Of a DNA stretch of 64,000 bases, positions 1 to 14,035 are shown piece by piece. Position numbers and translations under genes: made by a program. This stretch comes from the human T2T-CHM13v2.0 reference genome, Homo sapiens. Under the pieces are notes generated by a model that did no database searches, had not been told where the DNA came from, and saw only the letters and a program-made list of their open reading frames with translations. The stretch lies in the NCBI RefSeq assembly GCF_009914755.1, contig NC_060947.1. One strand, written 5' to 3'. Each line of letters opens with the position of its first letter. Position 1 is the first letter of the stretch.

Positions 1-272
1 GCCTCAGCCATATGTAGTGAGTCACAGCTCTGCTCACACTATACTTTCATGTGAAAAAAAGAAGAAAACAAGAAACTATTCAATTTATATGCCTGTATTT
101 GACCTAATCGTCATATTCCCTCCTGCTAAGTAACAGAAAAGTTCAGCTTTTTAGTTGATTATGTGTTTAACTCTCCCAGTTTTAAAACTTCCCTTTCAGT
201 TTACAAAAGAAGCTCCTTTTTGCACTAATTTCTCTCACATATATAAAGAACTTTTAAAGATCAAGAAGAAAA

Positions 273-480
273 AGACCAAGCCTGAGCAACATGGTGAAAT
301 CCCATTTCTACAAAAAGTATAACTATTAGCTGGGTGTGGTGGCACACACCTGTAGTCCCAGTTACTCTCAAGAGGCTGAAGTGGGAATATCGCTTGGACC
401 CAGGAGGTCGAGGCTGCAGTGAGCTGTGATTGCACCACTGCACTCCAGCCTGGGTGACAGAGTGGGAGGCTGTCTCAAAA
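273..480 (+). mobile_element. 5'-truncated AluJ
   Basis: agacc(a)agcctgagcaacatggtg...gaggtcgaggctgcagtgagctgtgattgcaccactgcactccagcctggg, AluJ-type diagnostics. Confidence 0.9.
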
Positions 481-579
481 AGAAGAAGAAGAAAAGAAGA
501 GGGAGAAGAAGAAGAGGAAGAGGAAGAGGAAGAAGAAGAAGAAGAAGAGGAAGAGGAAGAAGAAGAAGAAGAGGAAGAG

Positions 580-611
<32 letters not shown>

Positions 612-616
612 GGAAG
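477..616 (+). repeat. (GAA/GAG)n polypurine microsatellite derived from Alu tail
   Basis: 140 nt of uninterrupted purines directly after the Alu 3' end. Confidence 0.97.
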
Positions 617-1602
617 CAAAAACACAATAGAAAAGTGGACAAAAGATATAAACAGACAGCCCACAGAAAAAGACATATAAGAAAAAGACATCTTACGTAT
701 AAGATGACTCTTATACGTAAGAAAATATGCTCAACGTCATTGTAATAAATTAAAACTACACTGAGACTACATACTTCTATCCATACTTAAGGCAAAATCC
801 AAAAGTTTAACAAAATACCTTCCTGGCAATGCTGTGGGCAAACAGGCATGCTTCTGCATTGCAATGAAAGTGAAAAATAGTGGAGCCACCATTGATGAGA
901 ATTTGGCGATAGGTAACAGAATTACATTTGCACTTATCTTTTGACCCATCAGTCTTACTTCCACAAATGCACTCTGAAGAAGCCCCTCCATGAATATAAA
1001 ATAATGCATCTCTAATTTTATTCACTGTGGCATTATTTGTATTAACAAAAGGCTGGAAAAGCCCTAATGTACATTGGTTCACAGTTGAATAAACTATGGT
1101 ACATCTGCATCGTGGAGTACTATGTGGCTGTAAGAAAGCATGAGGAAAAGCATGCATTTTAAAAGATAAGGCATAAAACAGGGTAAATTGTTTGTTACAA
1201 GGGAAAATTATAATGCACACGTGTTTGTTTTTTATTTTTGAAAAAAATGAAGCAGAGAAAGGATAAACCAGAAATGATTCGGTAAGTACTTATAATCTGC
1301 CTGTGTCATATTACCTAGAGTAGCTAGGAGAGAACAGGTCTCCCTGGGGGCTCAGGCAAGCCTTGTTGCATCGGAAAAGGGCCAAAGGCAGGCAGTTTGA
1401 CAGATGTGGGGAAGGGATGGGGTGCAAGCCCTAGGTCTTCCAAAAACTCAGGGCATGACACTGCTTACGGCTCCCAGCAGGTCAGTCTGGTTGAAAGCCG
1501 TGGGGCTTGACGGACACAAAATCTCCTAATTCCCTTAAAATATAATTTGATTTAGTAAAATGAGATTGACATAGAGTATTTCAGGGACATCTAATGTCTA
1601 GA

Positions 1603-1822
1603 TCAGATTTTCTCAACGTTGGCACTATTGATATCTTGGGATGGATTAGTGTTTGTTGTGGGGACTGTCTTATGCACTGCAGGATGTTTTACAGCATCCT
1701 TGGCCTCTACCTGCTGAATGCCAGTAACACCCCATCCTGCCCCAGTTGTGACAACCAAAACTGCCTCCAGACATTGCCAAATGTTCTGTGGGGGCCACAA
1801 TCACCCTGAATTTGAGAATAGG
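1603..1822 (-). mobile_element. MER20 (hAT-Charlie MITE)
   Basis: ttctcaacgttggcactattga...gccagtaacacc...gttgtgacaaccaaaa...ccagacattgccaaatg matches recalled MER20 consensus. Confidence 0.88.
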
Positions 1823-2049
1823 TGCTCTCAAATTACGGTGGACATCAGAGTCCCATGGGGAGCCTTTTCAAGATGTGTTTCCCAGGCTTCACTTGCAGGA
1901 GAAAGGGGCTGACTTGGAAGGGCCAGGGTGAGTCTGCCCTATAAGTGAGACACAAAGTGAGGGGCCTTGCCTTTGAGTCCAATTCCAATTTGATCTCAAT
2001 CTGATATAATGGGATTTACAAAGAATATCTCAGGGCCACCTGCTGTTAG

Positions 2050-2272
2050 CAGTGGTTCCCAATGGAGGCAGTATTTCTCCCCCTCAACAAGCCCAGGTTA
2101 AATTTGAAAATGTTTGAGAGTGATTCTGATTGCCACAGACTGGAGCCTGTTACTGGCATCTAGTGCACAGAGGCCAAGGATACCAGATGTTCTTAAGTTC
2201 AAGGAACATACTGGAACAACGAAGTTTTGTCCCACCCAAGATGTCATTAGAACTGCTGTTGAGAAACCACTA
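2050..2272 (+). mobile_element. MER20-like MITE
   Basis: cagtggttcccaa ... tactggcatctagtg...agaggccaaggat ... gttgagaaaccact termini. Confidence 0.7.
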
Positions 2273-2964
2273 CAAGAAGTACAAGCAATTTTTGAGCTAG
2301 TTTATGTTATCTCGTGAAAATCCTGTTTGTGCAGGATAGCTGTAAATCCAGAGATTACTTGGTTCACTTATGATATAAGCTTCCAGAGGGCTTAACTTGC
2401 CTGTAGATTTCTGAAAAGCATACTGTGAGACCTGAAGCTTATAGAATTTGGTGGTGGCGAAGGAACTCTTTCAAAAAGCATACAAAATAACAAATAAAAA
2501 ATTAGGTAACACATGTGAATATTTATTTAGGATGAGACTAAAACTTGCAACAAATTGTAAATTTCAAAAAAAGATGGCAGATATCCCAAACAAAAATCAA
2601 GAAAAATAACATAATATTTTGTATTAATTATCTTCCTGAAATATCTTTATACTACCTTTCCCCCTCCTTTTTTGATGGCTAGATACTCTTTGATCACATC
2701 TTAATGTGACAACAATTCTGTAATGTCATTTTCTGTAGAAATAATTCAGTCTTACCTCCGTCATGGTTGATTGAAATTCTTTGTTTAATTATTGAAAGCT
2801 GGGATGCATATAATATGCAACTTCACACACACATTCCTACTGCTTATAGTATTGCTACAAGTTTGTGCTTATAAATAAAGGAATCCAAATCAATTTTATT
2901 TCTTCCAGTTAATAAAAGAAAGGAGACGTATTATGCACTTGTAATTGTAAATGCTGTATTTATG

Positions 2965-3750
2965 TGCATTAGTTTCCCAGTGTTGCCATATAAATTAGCA
3001 TGAACTGGTGGCTTAAAACAAAAGAAATGAATTCTCTCACAGTTTTGGAGGCCAGAAGTCCAAAATCACGCTGCTAGCAGGGCCATTCTTTCTCCAAACT
3101 CTCTGTGGGAGAATCCTTCCTTACCTCTTCCTGGTGGTTCCTGGCATTGCTTGGCTTGTGGCAACATCACTCAATCACTGCCTCTGACTTCACATGACCT
3201 TCTTCTCTTGGTGTGATTATGCCCTTTATTAGTCTGTTCTCATGCTGCTAATAAAGACATACCCAAGACTGAGCAATTTATAAAGGAAAGAGGCTTTATG
3301 GACTCACAGTTCCACATGGCTGGGGAGGCCTCACAACCATGGCAGAAGCGAAGGAGGAGCAAAGTCACATCTTACATGGCTGTAGGCAAGAAAGCTTGTG
3401 CAGGGGAACTCCCATTTATAAAACCATCAGATATTGTGAGATTTATTCACTACCAACAGAACAGCACAAGAAAGAACCACCCCCATGATTCAATTATTTC
3501 CACCTCACCCAGCCCTTGACACGTGGGGATTATTACAATTCAAGGTGAGATTTGGGTGGGGACACAGCCAAACCATATCATGCCCTTTCCTCTTCTTATA
3601 AGGATACCAGTCATTGGATTTAGGGCCCACTTTAAACCAGCATGACCTAATCTTAATTACATCTGCAAACATCCTATTTCCAAATAAGGCTGACATTCTG
3701 AGGTTCCAGGTGGACATGAATTTTAGGGAGACAATATTCAACCAAGTACA
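2965..3750 (-). mobile_element. MLT1 (B/C-like) MaLR solo LTR, interrupted by THE1
   Basis: tgcattagtttcc...ggtggcttaaaacaa...ctcacagttttggaggccagaagtccaaaatca ... tttccaaataagg...ttcaaccaagtaca. Confidence 0.85.
3225..3580 (-). mobile_element. THE1 solo LTR
   Basis: tattagtctgttctcatgctgctaataaagacataccc ... gggtggggacacagccaaaccatatca; 5-bp TSD tgccc at 3220-3224 and 3581-3585. Confidence 0.95.
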
Positions 3751-3883
3751 TCCCTTGTACTTTTGTTTGGAAGAATTGTTCACAGCATCTACCTATGTAC
3801 TTTTCATACTTCATTCCTTCTCCACTACTCACGTACATCTTGTACTAGGTGCCAGAGGTCCAGCTGATACCTCAAAGTGGATA

Positions 3884-4295
3884 TGCTATGGTTTGAATGT
3901 TTGTCCCCTCCAAAACTCATGTTGAAATTTAACCCCCAATGTGGCAGTATTGAGATATGGGGCCTTTCACAGGTTGTTAGATCATGAGGGCTCTGCCTTC
4001 ATGAGTGGATTAATCTATTCACAGATTAATGGGTTAATGGATTCTCATGGAAGTGGGTATGGTAGCTTTATAAGAGGAAAAAAACCTTAAAGAGCACATG
4101 GCTCTTGCCATGTGATGCCGTGTGCCAACTTGGGACTCTGCAGACAGTCCCCACCAGCAAGAAGGCCTTCACCAGATGTGGCCCCTTGACCTTGGATTTC
4201 TTAGCCCCCATAACTGCAAGCAATAAATTCCTTTTGTTTATAAGTTGCCCAATTTCAGGTATTTTGTTATAAGCAACAGAAAATGGACTAAGAGA
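3884..4295 (+). mobile_element. MST-family MaLR solo LTR
   Basis: tgctatggtttgaatgtttgtcccctccaaaactcatgttgaaa ... aataaattcc ... agcaacagaaaatggactaaga. Confidence 0.88.
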
Positions 4296-5134
4296 GGCTA
4301 GGAGTCATATTGTGTGCTGAGTCTTTGTGTCACAATGCTGGATATGTTGGCACAGCAGGCAGGATTCTAGAGCCAATTCTATACCAAGATGGCTAGCAGT
4401 AAGTTAACTATATGCATAAGTCACTGTGAACCACATAAACATCTCCCACTAAGAGTAAACTAAATGTATTCCCCAACTCAAATTCCCCTCAGCCTGAGCT
4501 AAAAAATGTCCTTGGCCACTTCAACACCGGCAGACTTGAAGGGAAGTGTGATGGAGAGGGAGTAAAACTAAAAAGAAACAGAGAACTTAACAGATTATAA
4601 TGAGAACATCCTATTTTTGAAAAATTTATGAAAACATATGACATGTGAACACAGTGCTAGGGCTCTTTCCAGGGCTTTGGAAGGGAGCTGTATAGGTGAG
4701 GAGCCTAGACATTTAAGCTCTGTTGGTCTCACTGTACATGCATCGCTATCCATGCCAGTTAACTTTTTTGATAGGGCTAGCAAACTGTTAAACCAGGGAA
4801 AGGCCATAGGCTATCTATCTACATTTCATCAAAGGAGTTAGCTGAGATTGTCGTCATTTCTTTATGACCAAATTATGGCCAGTTTGATGGAAATGAACAA
4901 CCACATCTCAGGGGGGCTGTTAGTAGATCAGTGGGAACCTGAAAAGATGCTCTGGAATGTTCTACCTCACCTGCTCCATTCCAGCTGTCCTTGTCCCCTG
5001 TTTTTTCTACCTCAAAGCCAGGAACACCCCTGTCTCAGGGCCTTTCCACTTACTATTCCCTCTGGCTGCAGTTGCTCTTCTTTCCTCTCCCCATATCTGC
5101 ATGCTGGGTTTCTCATTTCTCTGAGGAAAATGTT

Positions 5135-5727
5135 ACTATGGCAGACAGCTAGCTGTCTGCATTAGTAACAATGCAGACAGTAACAATGCAAAGATGCATT
5201 CTCCCTTTCCATAGATAGACTAGAATTATTGCTAGAAAGTGGCATCCAGTTGAAGACATGTGCTGAGGTGACCAACTCATCCTCCTGTGCCTGGAACGTT
5301 CTTGATTTGGGCACTAAAAGTCCTATATCTCAGGAAATCCCTCAGTCTTGGCAAACTGGTAAAGTTGATTGTTCTCCATGTGACTGAGCTCTGGCCAAGT
5401 GAATGCTAGTGTAAGTGATTATACCACCTCCGGGCCTGACCCATAGACCATAGAAGCCTCTTGAACCATCCTCCATTCCTTACTTTCTCTCATTTCCTGG
5501 CTTGATGTTAACATCCAGGACAACTTTCGAAGCTCTGTGTTAAGGATGGGAGAGCCTCCATTAACTTGTGCCCCTGAATGACCAAATGGAACAGATTCCA
5601 CCTCATAATTCCACAGTACCTCCCCACAACTCAGTGAGTGGAGGAAGAAATAAACTATTATTCTATTCAGCCACTGAGATTTGAGGCCTTATCTGTTACA
5701 TCAGTTAGCATTACATTAACTAATACA
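5135..5727 (+). mobile_element. Old MLT1 (J/H-like) LTR inside an L2 remnant
   Basis: 3' end aaataaac...gccactgagatttgagg...tgttaca...taactaataca; flanked by L2-like pyrimidine-rich sequence. Confidence 0.55.
5266..5376. mobile_element. MER94 (hAT-Blackjack MITE)
   Basis: ggtgaccaactc...gcactaaaagtcc...ggaaatccctcagtc; homologous to the copy at 29462-29573. Confidence 0.7.
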
Positions 5728-5967
5728 GTCATCTTCTCAGTACTTCCCAAACTATCTTATTTTAAATTGTAGCTATTTCCCTCACCCCTCCACTCCCACT
5801 TCCTATTTTCCATTCCTGCTTTTTCTCCATAGACTTGCCACCATGTGACATGTCATATACTTTACTAACTCATTTGTTCATTGTCTGCATCGTCCTGTGA
5901 AATGTAGGCTTTATGAAGACAGGAAATTTGTCTGTTGTGTTCACAGCTGCATCTTCAGCATCTAGAA

Positions 5968-6176
5968 CAGCACTATCCAATAGAACTTACTGTGATTATG
6001 AAAATATTCTATATCTGTGCTGTGTAATATGGTCGCCACTAGCCACATGTGTCTATTGAGCACTTGAAGTGTGGCTATGGTGACTGAGAAACTGAATTTC
6101 TAATTTTATTTAATTTTAGTTAGTTTAAATTTAAATAGCCACATGTGAGTAATGGCTACCATATTGAACAGTGCAG
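5968..6176. mobile_element. MER3 (hAT-Charlie)
   Basis: cagcactatccaatagaact...gccactagccacatgtg...ttgagcacttgaa...ctaccatattgaacagtgcag. Confidence 0.88.
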
Positions 6177-6431
6177 ACCTAGACCAAGAGCTCAGTGTGC
6201 CCATCCAATAAATGCTTGTTGAATTAATCAATGAATGCATTCAATGGGTTTTTGCTGAGTGTTTACTATGTGATGTACACAGATGACACACTCTTTATTT
6301 TTGTTGCACTGACCAAGGCTAACCTAGGTAACTGACTGAGATCTCCTTACGGTGTTATAAGTTTATTATTCTGTGAGTGGTCAGCTCTATGTCTGAAAAA
6401 CCCAAATTTTCAACTTGCTCCATTTAAAAAA

Positions 6432-9677
<3,246 letters not shown>

Positions 9678-10039
9678 TCTCCATTAATTTAAGTTAGACA
9701 AGGTCCATTTCCAAACCATGTTATATTTAATCTGGGTGGGAGAATTCCCTTATCACCATTTATAACAGCAAAGCCAAAATAATTTCAAAGAAGGAAATTT
9801 TAGTGCTTTAAGTGGTATGGTTTGAGGATTGTTAGAAAGATTTTGTCTCCCAAGAGCATCTTTCTTCTTCTCTTCTTCCATAGCTCTGAGCTCAGTACTC
9901 AAAAGGTGATAACTACACTATGGTCAAAGATGGTATCTGGTCTTCAAAAGACACATTCTTGTCTTCTCAGCCACACAACTGGACCATATTTCCCAGCTTC
10001 TTTTGCAGTTAGCTGTGTTCATGTGACTGCATTATAACC

Positions 10040-10371
10040 TGTATACTTCCTTTGTAGGTTATTTGATTTTTTTTCTTTCTGGTTTCTTTTGAGATTTTCT
10101 CCTCTTCTTAGATATTCTGTAGTTTCACATTTACCTCTTCTTAGATATTCTGCAGTTTTACATTTATCTAGGTGTGGATTTGTTTTAATTTATCTTGCTT
10201 AGGACATGACATGTTTTATTTAATCTAGAAACTCATGTCTCTTTTCAGTCCTGGAAAATTTTCAGCCATTATCTTTTGGAATATTGCTTCTGGCCATTTC
10301 CCTTTAATTTTTTATTCTGCAACTTTGATTAGACATATGTTGGAACTTCCTCCAAATCACTTTCATGGTTC

Positions 10372-10424
<53 letters not shown>

Positions 10425-11520
10425 CCCCCCCCCCCCCCGCCCTCACCCTTTCTCTGTGCCACATTTTGGGTAATATCCTCACATATACCATCTAGTTCAC
10501 CAATTTTCTTTTCACCTTTGTCTAGACTACTGTTTAACCTGTTCACCAATTTCCATGACTCTATTTTTCACTACTAGTAACTGATTCTCTTTCAAATCTT
10601 TCTGATTCTTTTTTCATATTGTTTTGTGCTTTTATTTTGGCTTCTCTTCTCTCATTTATGTCTTTAATCATTTAAAATATACTTATTTTATAGTCTAAGA
10701 GCAATCTATTATATTCAAATTGGGGTGCTAATTCTCTTGTTTGATGAGTTTTCTAACTCTCCCTCACAATAGGTGCATTTTTCTATACATTTATAAATTT
10801 TTATTGTGAATTTATCTTTAGGGGATTTCTTTTTCGTAAAGGAGTCCTGAGAGTCGCTGAAGCTTTACTGAGAGTTGTGAAAATGGACCTACAGAGTGGT
10901 TTGGCATTTGTTTCAATTTGGGAATTCTGAAGGTTTCAAAGGTTCCAGATCTGTTTTTATGTTAGTTATTTGGCTTGGATTTCCTGTGCCATCCAGGCAG
11001 TGTCAATTCAAATTCTACATTCAGTAGAGTGTAATCTTAGGTTTTAATTCCTGCAGATGACTTGTTTCCGCCCAAGAGCCTAGATACAAGCTTCCTCATA
11101 AGTTCCCTGGGTCAGGGTTGCTTCCCTGGCAACCTTTCTAATTCCCTGTTCAAAACCTAGATAGGACAGCTGTCTAAGATGCCAGCTCCCCTGCCCCATC
11201 AAAGTCTGAAGCCTCATTTCCCATACCACATTGGCATTAGAACCAGTCTGAGGTGCCTATATCTCAGTGTGAAATCTTCATGGTGTGCAATGGTACCTGT
11301 TTGGCCTTACTGCTCTGACTTTGGTTCCTTTCTTCCTGTCTGGCACTTGGGGATTTCCCCTGCATCCTTTTCTGAGCTCATATATTTATTTAAATTCTGG
11401 AGGATATGTTTTGTCTGCATTTCTATGTGTTAGTGGGAGGAGGGGCCTTACTCTTGAGCTCAGTCTGTCTTATTGTTAAAAGTCTGCTGTTGATTCTCTT
11501 AGAATCTCTCAGGACTCTCC
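10040..11520 (-). mobile_element. Old L1M fragments
   Basis: tctaggtgtggatttgttttaatttatcttgctt...ctggaaaattttcagccattatc, typical antisense L1M; similar to 56700-56850. Confidence 0.6.
10375..10438 (+). repeat. (TC)24 followed by a C homopolymer
   Basis: Directly visible; C run 10422-10438. Confidence 0.97.
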
Positions 11521-13894
11521 AGTCTCTCTTTTCTCTGATTTACTTCCAGCATTCTTGTGATAGGCAGGGAGTGAGGAGGGGTTGTCTATGTGACATTCCT
11601 AATACAGACTCAATGCCCCATCATCCAAACAAACCATAGAGACACATAATTTATGTAAAATTAGTCCCCAAAAGACATGATATGCTTGTGTGTGCTCTTA
11701 ATGATATACAATGTAAATGTCAGACAGTAGCTTGAAAATTAGGGTCAGAAAACCGTGACCTTTGCATTCTGCCAAATATGTCCTTGGGATAAATGCATTT
11801 TTATTGCATTATATTATATTACATCACTGCAATTATATGAGACTCTCTTTGGAATCTTGAATGCTTCTTTTTATCATTTTAAATATGCATGCATATTATA
11901 TATGGCAAGCTGAGTGTTCTATAGACAAAATTCATTGTATAAAAATGAAATGTAAAAATCTGATAACTCAGTAATGCATAGAAATGTGTTGCAAATAATA
12001 GAATATAAAAGAAACTGTATGACTTCTATGAATAATTATCTAAAGCGAATCAGACCAGTATATTGGGCCTAGAATAAAGGACCACTTTTATTTACTGTAT
12101 TAGTATTCCAAGAGAAAAACAAAAAGAAGAAATTTGCAAAAGCAAAAATGATTTTTGGTAGCTTTCAAATTTCTACCAAGCAATTTCAGTAGTATATAGA
12201 AATTATGGTGTAAAACTACTTACAGCTTTTGCAAACAATAATTAAGATGTAACGGAAGCCTGCATTTTTCATGTTGGATGATTCTGAAAAAGTGGTGAAA
12301 AGGATCTTTTTGGTTTTTCTCAACTCCTTTGAAAAAAACTGCTGATAAGAAAGAAAAACAGGGAGAAAAAAATGCTAGAATTCTGTAACACAAACAAGAC
12401 ACACAAGCCATTTTCCTAACTTCACACTGTTCAGGAGAGTGACAAAACACCAATTTCCACAAGATGGTCTGTCTTACAAATATGGAACACTTCCCATTCA
12501 AATAGGTATCTGGGGCATTCTGGGTAAGCCAGCCAAAATGGGTAGCAATAGCGTGTAAATTAAAATAGCAACCTCCTCCATCCTGAGTATTCATCCGTGC
12601 CACTAACACATTGCAGAAAGGATGCCAGACCTTTTTACTGGCATAAATCTCACGTCTGTAGCCTGCTGCGAGATCTCCGAAAAGCCCCACTTCCAGCATG
12701 TAGGGTTCCTTTGTTGGTGACATGCAGTTGAGAGGAGGAAATAACATACCATTTGGTATCCTCCGGGCAGGTCTGTGAACAGACTTGTTCTGGGTCCCTG
12801 TACTGCTTTTTCAAGATGTTCAAGATCTGCATGTGCTATGTGCTGCAACATACAAGTGGCATATAAACAAACCTGCGTTGATTTCCAGGAAAACACAATT
12901 ACCACTTTAAGGGAACCATCACATTTATCTCAACCCAAGTGATTTGGAAAATGAAGAATGGCTGCTTGTCAGTATGGCTTGTAAGACAACACCTGATCCC
13001 TAGAAATCCAAACCTAGCCACAACTTCAAAGGAGGCCTGGGCTATCCTATCAGACACTGTCAGTGTTCTGCCTGTATCCCCCAACCCCTACCACTGTGAT
13101 GCATTCCAGCCTGACTTCCACTTGTCAGAACCTGCATTTCCTTGCCTTTTCTGGTCCCAGAGGTCTGTGTTACCCTCCCATGTGGCAGGCCAGAAGTACT
13201 GGGAAATTAACGCCAGTTGGCCACAGCAATCATTGGCTTGATACCACGCCATTTATTTGCTGCCTTCCCTTCCTTGTTTCATGTTCCTACTCCTCTACAG
13301 TGTTTCGTTGGACCAGCTCTCAAATCAGCTACGTGCGCTTGAGCCCTTGTGTCCAGGTCGGCTTCTGTAGGAATCCTGTCTAAGACAATTATCTTTTTCT
13401 GGAGGTCCTGGCAGCTTAGCATTTTGACAGGCTTCACGATGTCAGGGTTTCAGTTGAGGAAGATACATATTAGAATACTGTGTCAATGCAGCACACATTT
13501 GCCAGTCTATTGTTCACTTTAGAAGTCATTTTTTCATACTAAGTGCACATCCGTATACCTAGTGTGTCTCCCTTCTCCTCATCCCTATGATTCCAGCTCG
13601 CCACAAGTGCTCTAACACCTAAAACATCCATATGATGGTGAAGCCACCAAGATCCAAGAAACTAAACAATCGACCATTTTAGGGGATTGCCCCAAGTGAG
13701 GAAGCTGGGCTGTGTTTGGAAGCTATGAGTGGAGGTAAAGCAAGAATAGCTTTGAGCCACGTATCTTAGAGTTTAAAATACCAGTTAAAATTTTATTTTC
13801 TTTTGTTTCAAAGTAACAGAGACTCTGGTTGCCTTGGTTCTTGTGGGTTTAAGAACATGTGTGAAAATCATCATCTTCTTCACCCTCAATACAG

Positions 13895-14035
13895 CAATTG
13901 TTTTTGAGCACTTAATATATGGAAGGCGCTAAGTGCCTTACATGTATTGGCTTATTTAATCTCCACAAAACATTAAGTGGGCATTATTATTAACCCTTTT
14001 TGATGGATAGGGGAAAGGAGAAGTTAAATAAAAGT
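13895..14035 (-). mobile_element. MIR
   Basis: ttgagcacttaatat...ggcgctaagtgccttacatgtatt...tttaatc...attattat. Confidence 0.6.

Larger units (their letters stand above)
235..1200 (+). mobile_element. Old L1M (ORF2 3' end/3'UTR) fragment, interrupted by an Alu
   Basis: atataaagaacttttaaagatcaagaag...aacacaatagaaaagtggacaaaagatataaacagac translates like L1 ORF2 C-terminus (YKELL..K / [13 protein letters not shown]); followed by typical L1M 3' sequence. Confidence 0.7.
2420..4748. mobile_element. Fragmented old hAT-Tip100-like DNA transposon (MER115/Zaphod-like), split by LTR insertions
   Basis: Terminal-like sequence near 4680-4748 (ggtgaggagcctaga..ttaagct..ctcactgta) and cctgaagcttata near 2430; internal parts not verifiable by eye. 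Confidence 0.35.

Noticed and set aside
368-691. Poly-Glu, poly-Arg/Gly and poly-Leu/Pro ORFs
   Set aside because: Translations of Alu plus the GAA/GAG microsatellite
12220-12747. 175-aa minus-strand ORF
   Set aside because: No recognisable domain, Cys/Phe-rich random composition; such lengths occur by chance in 64 kb
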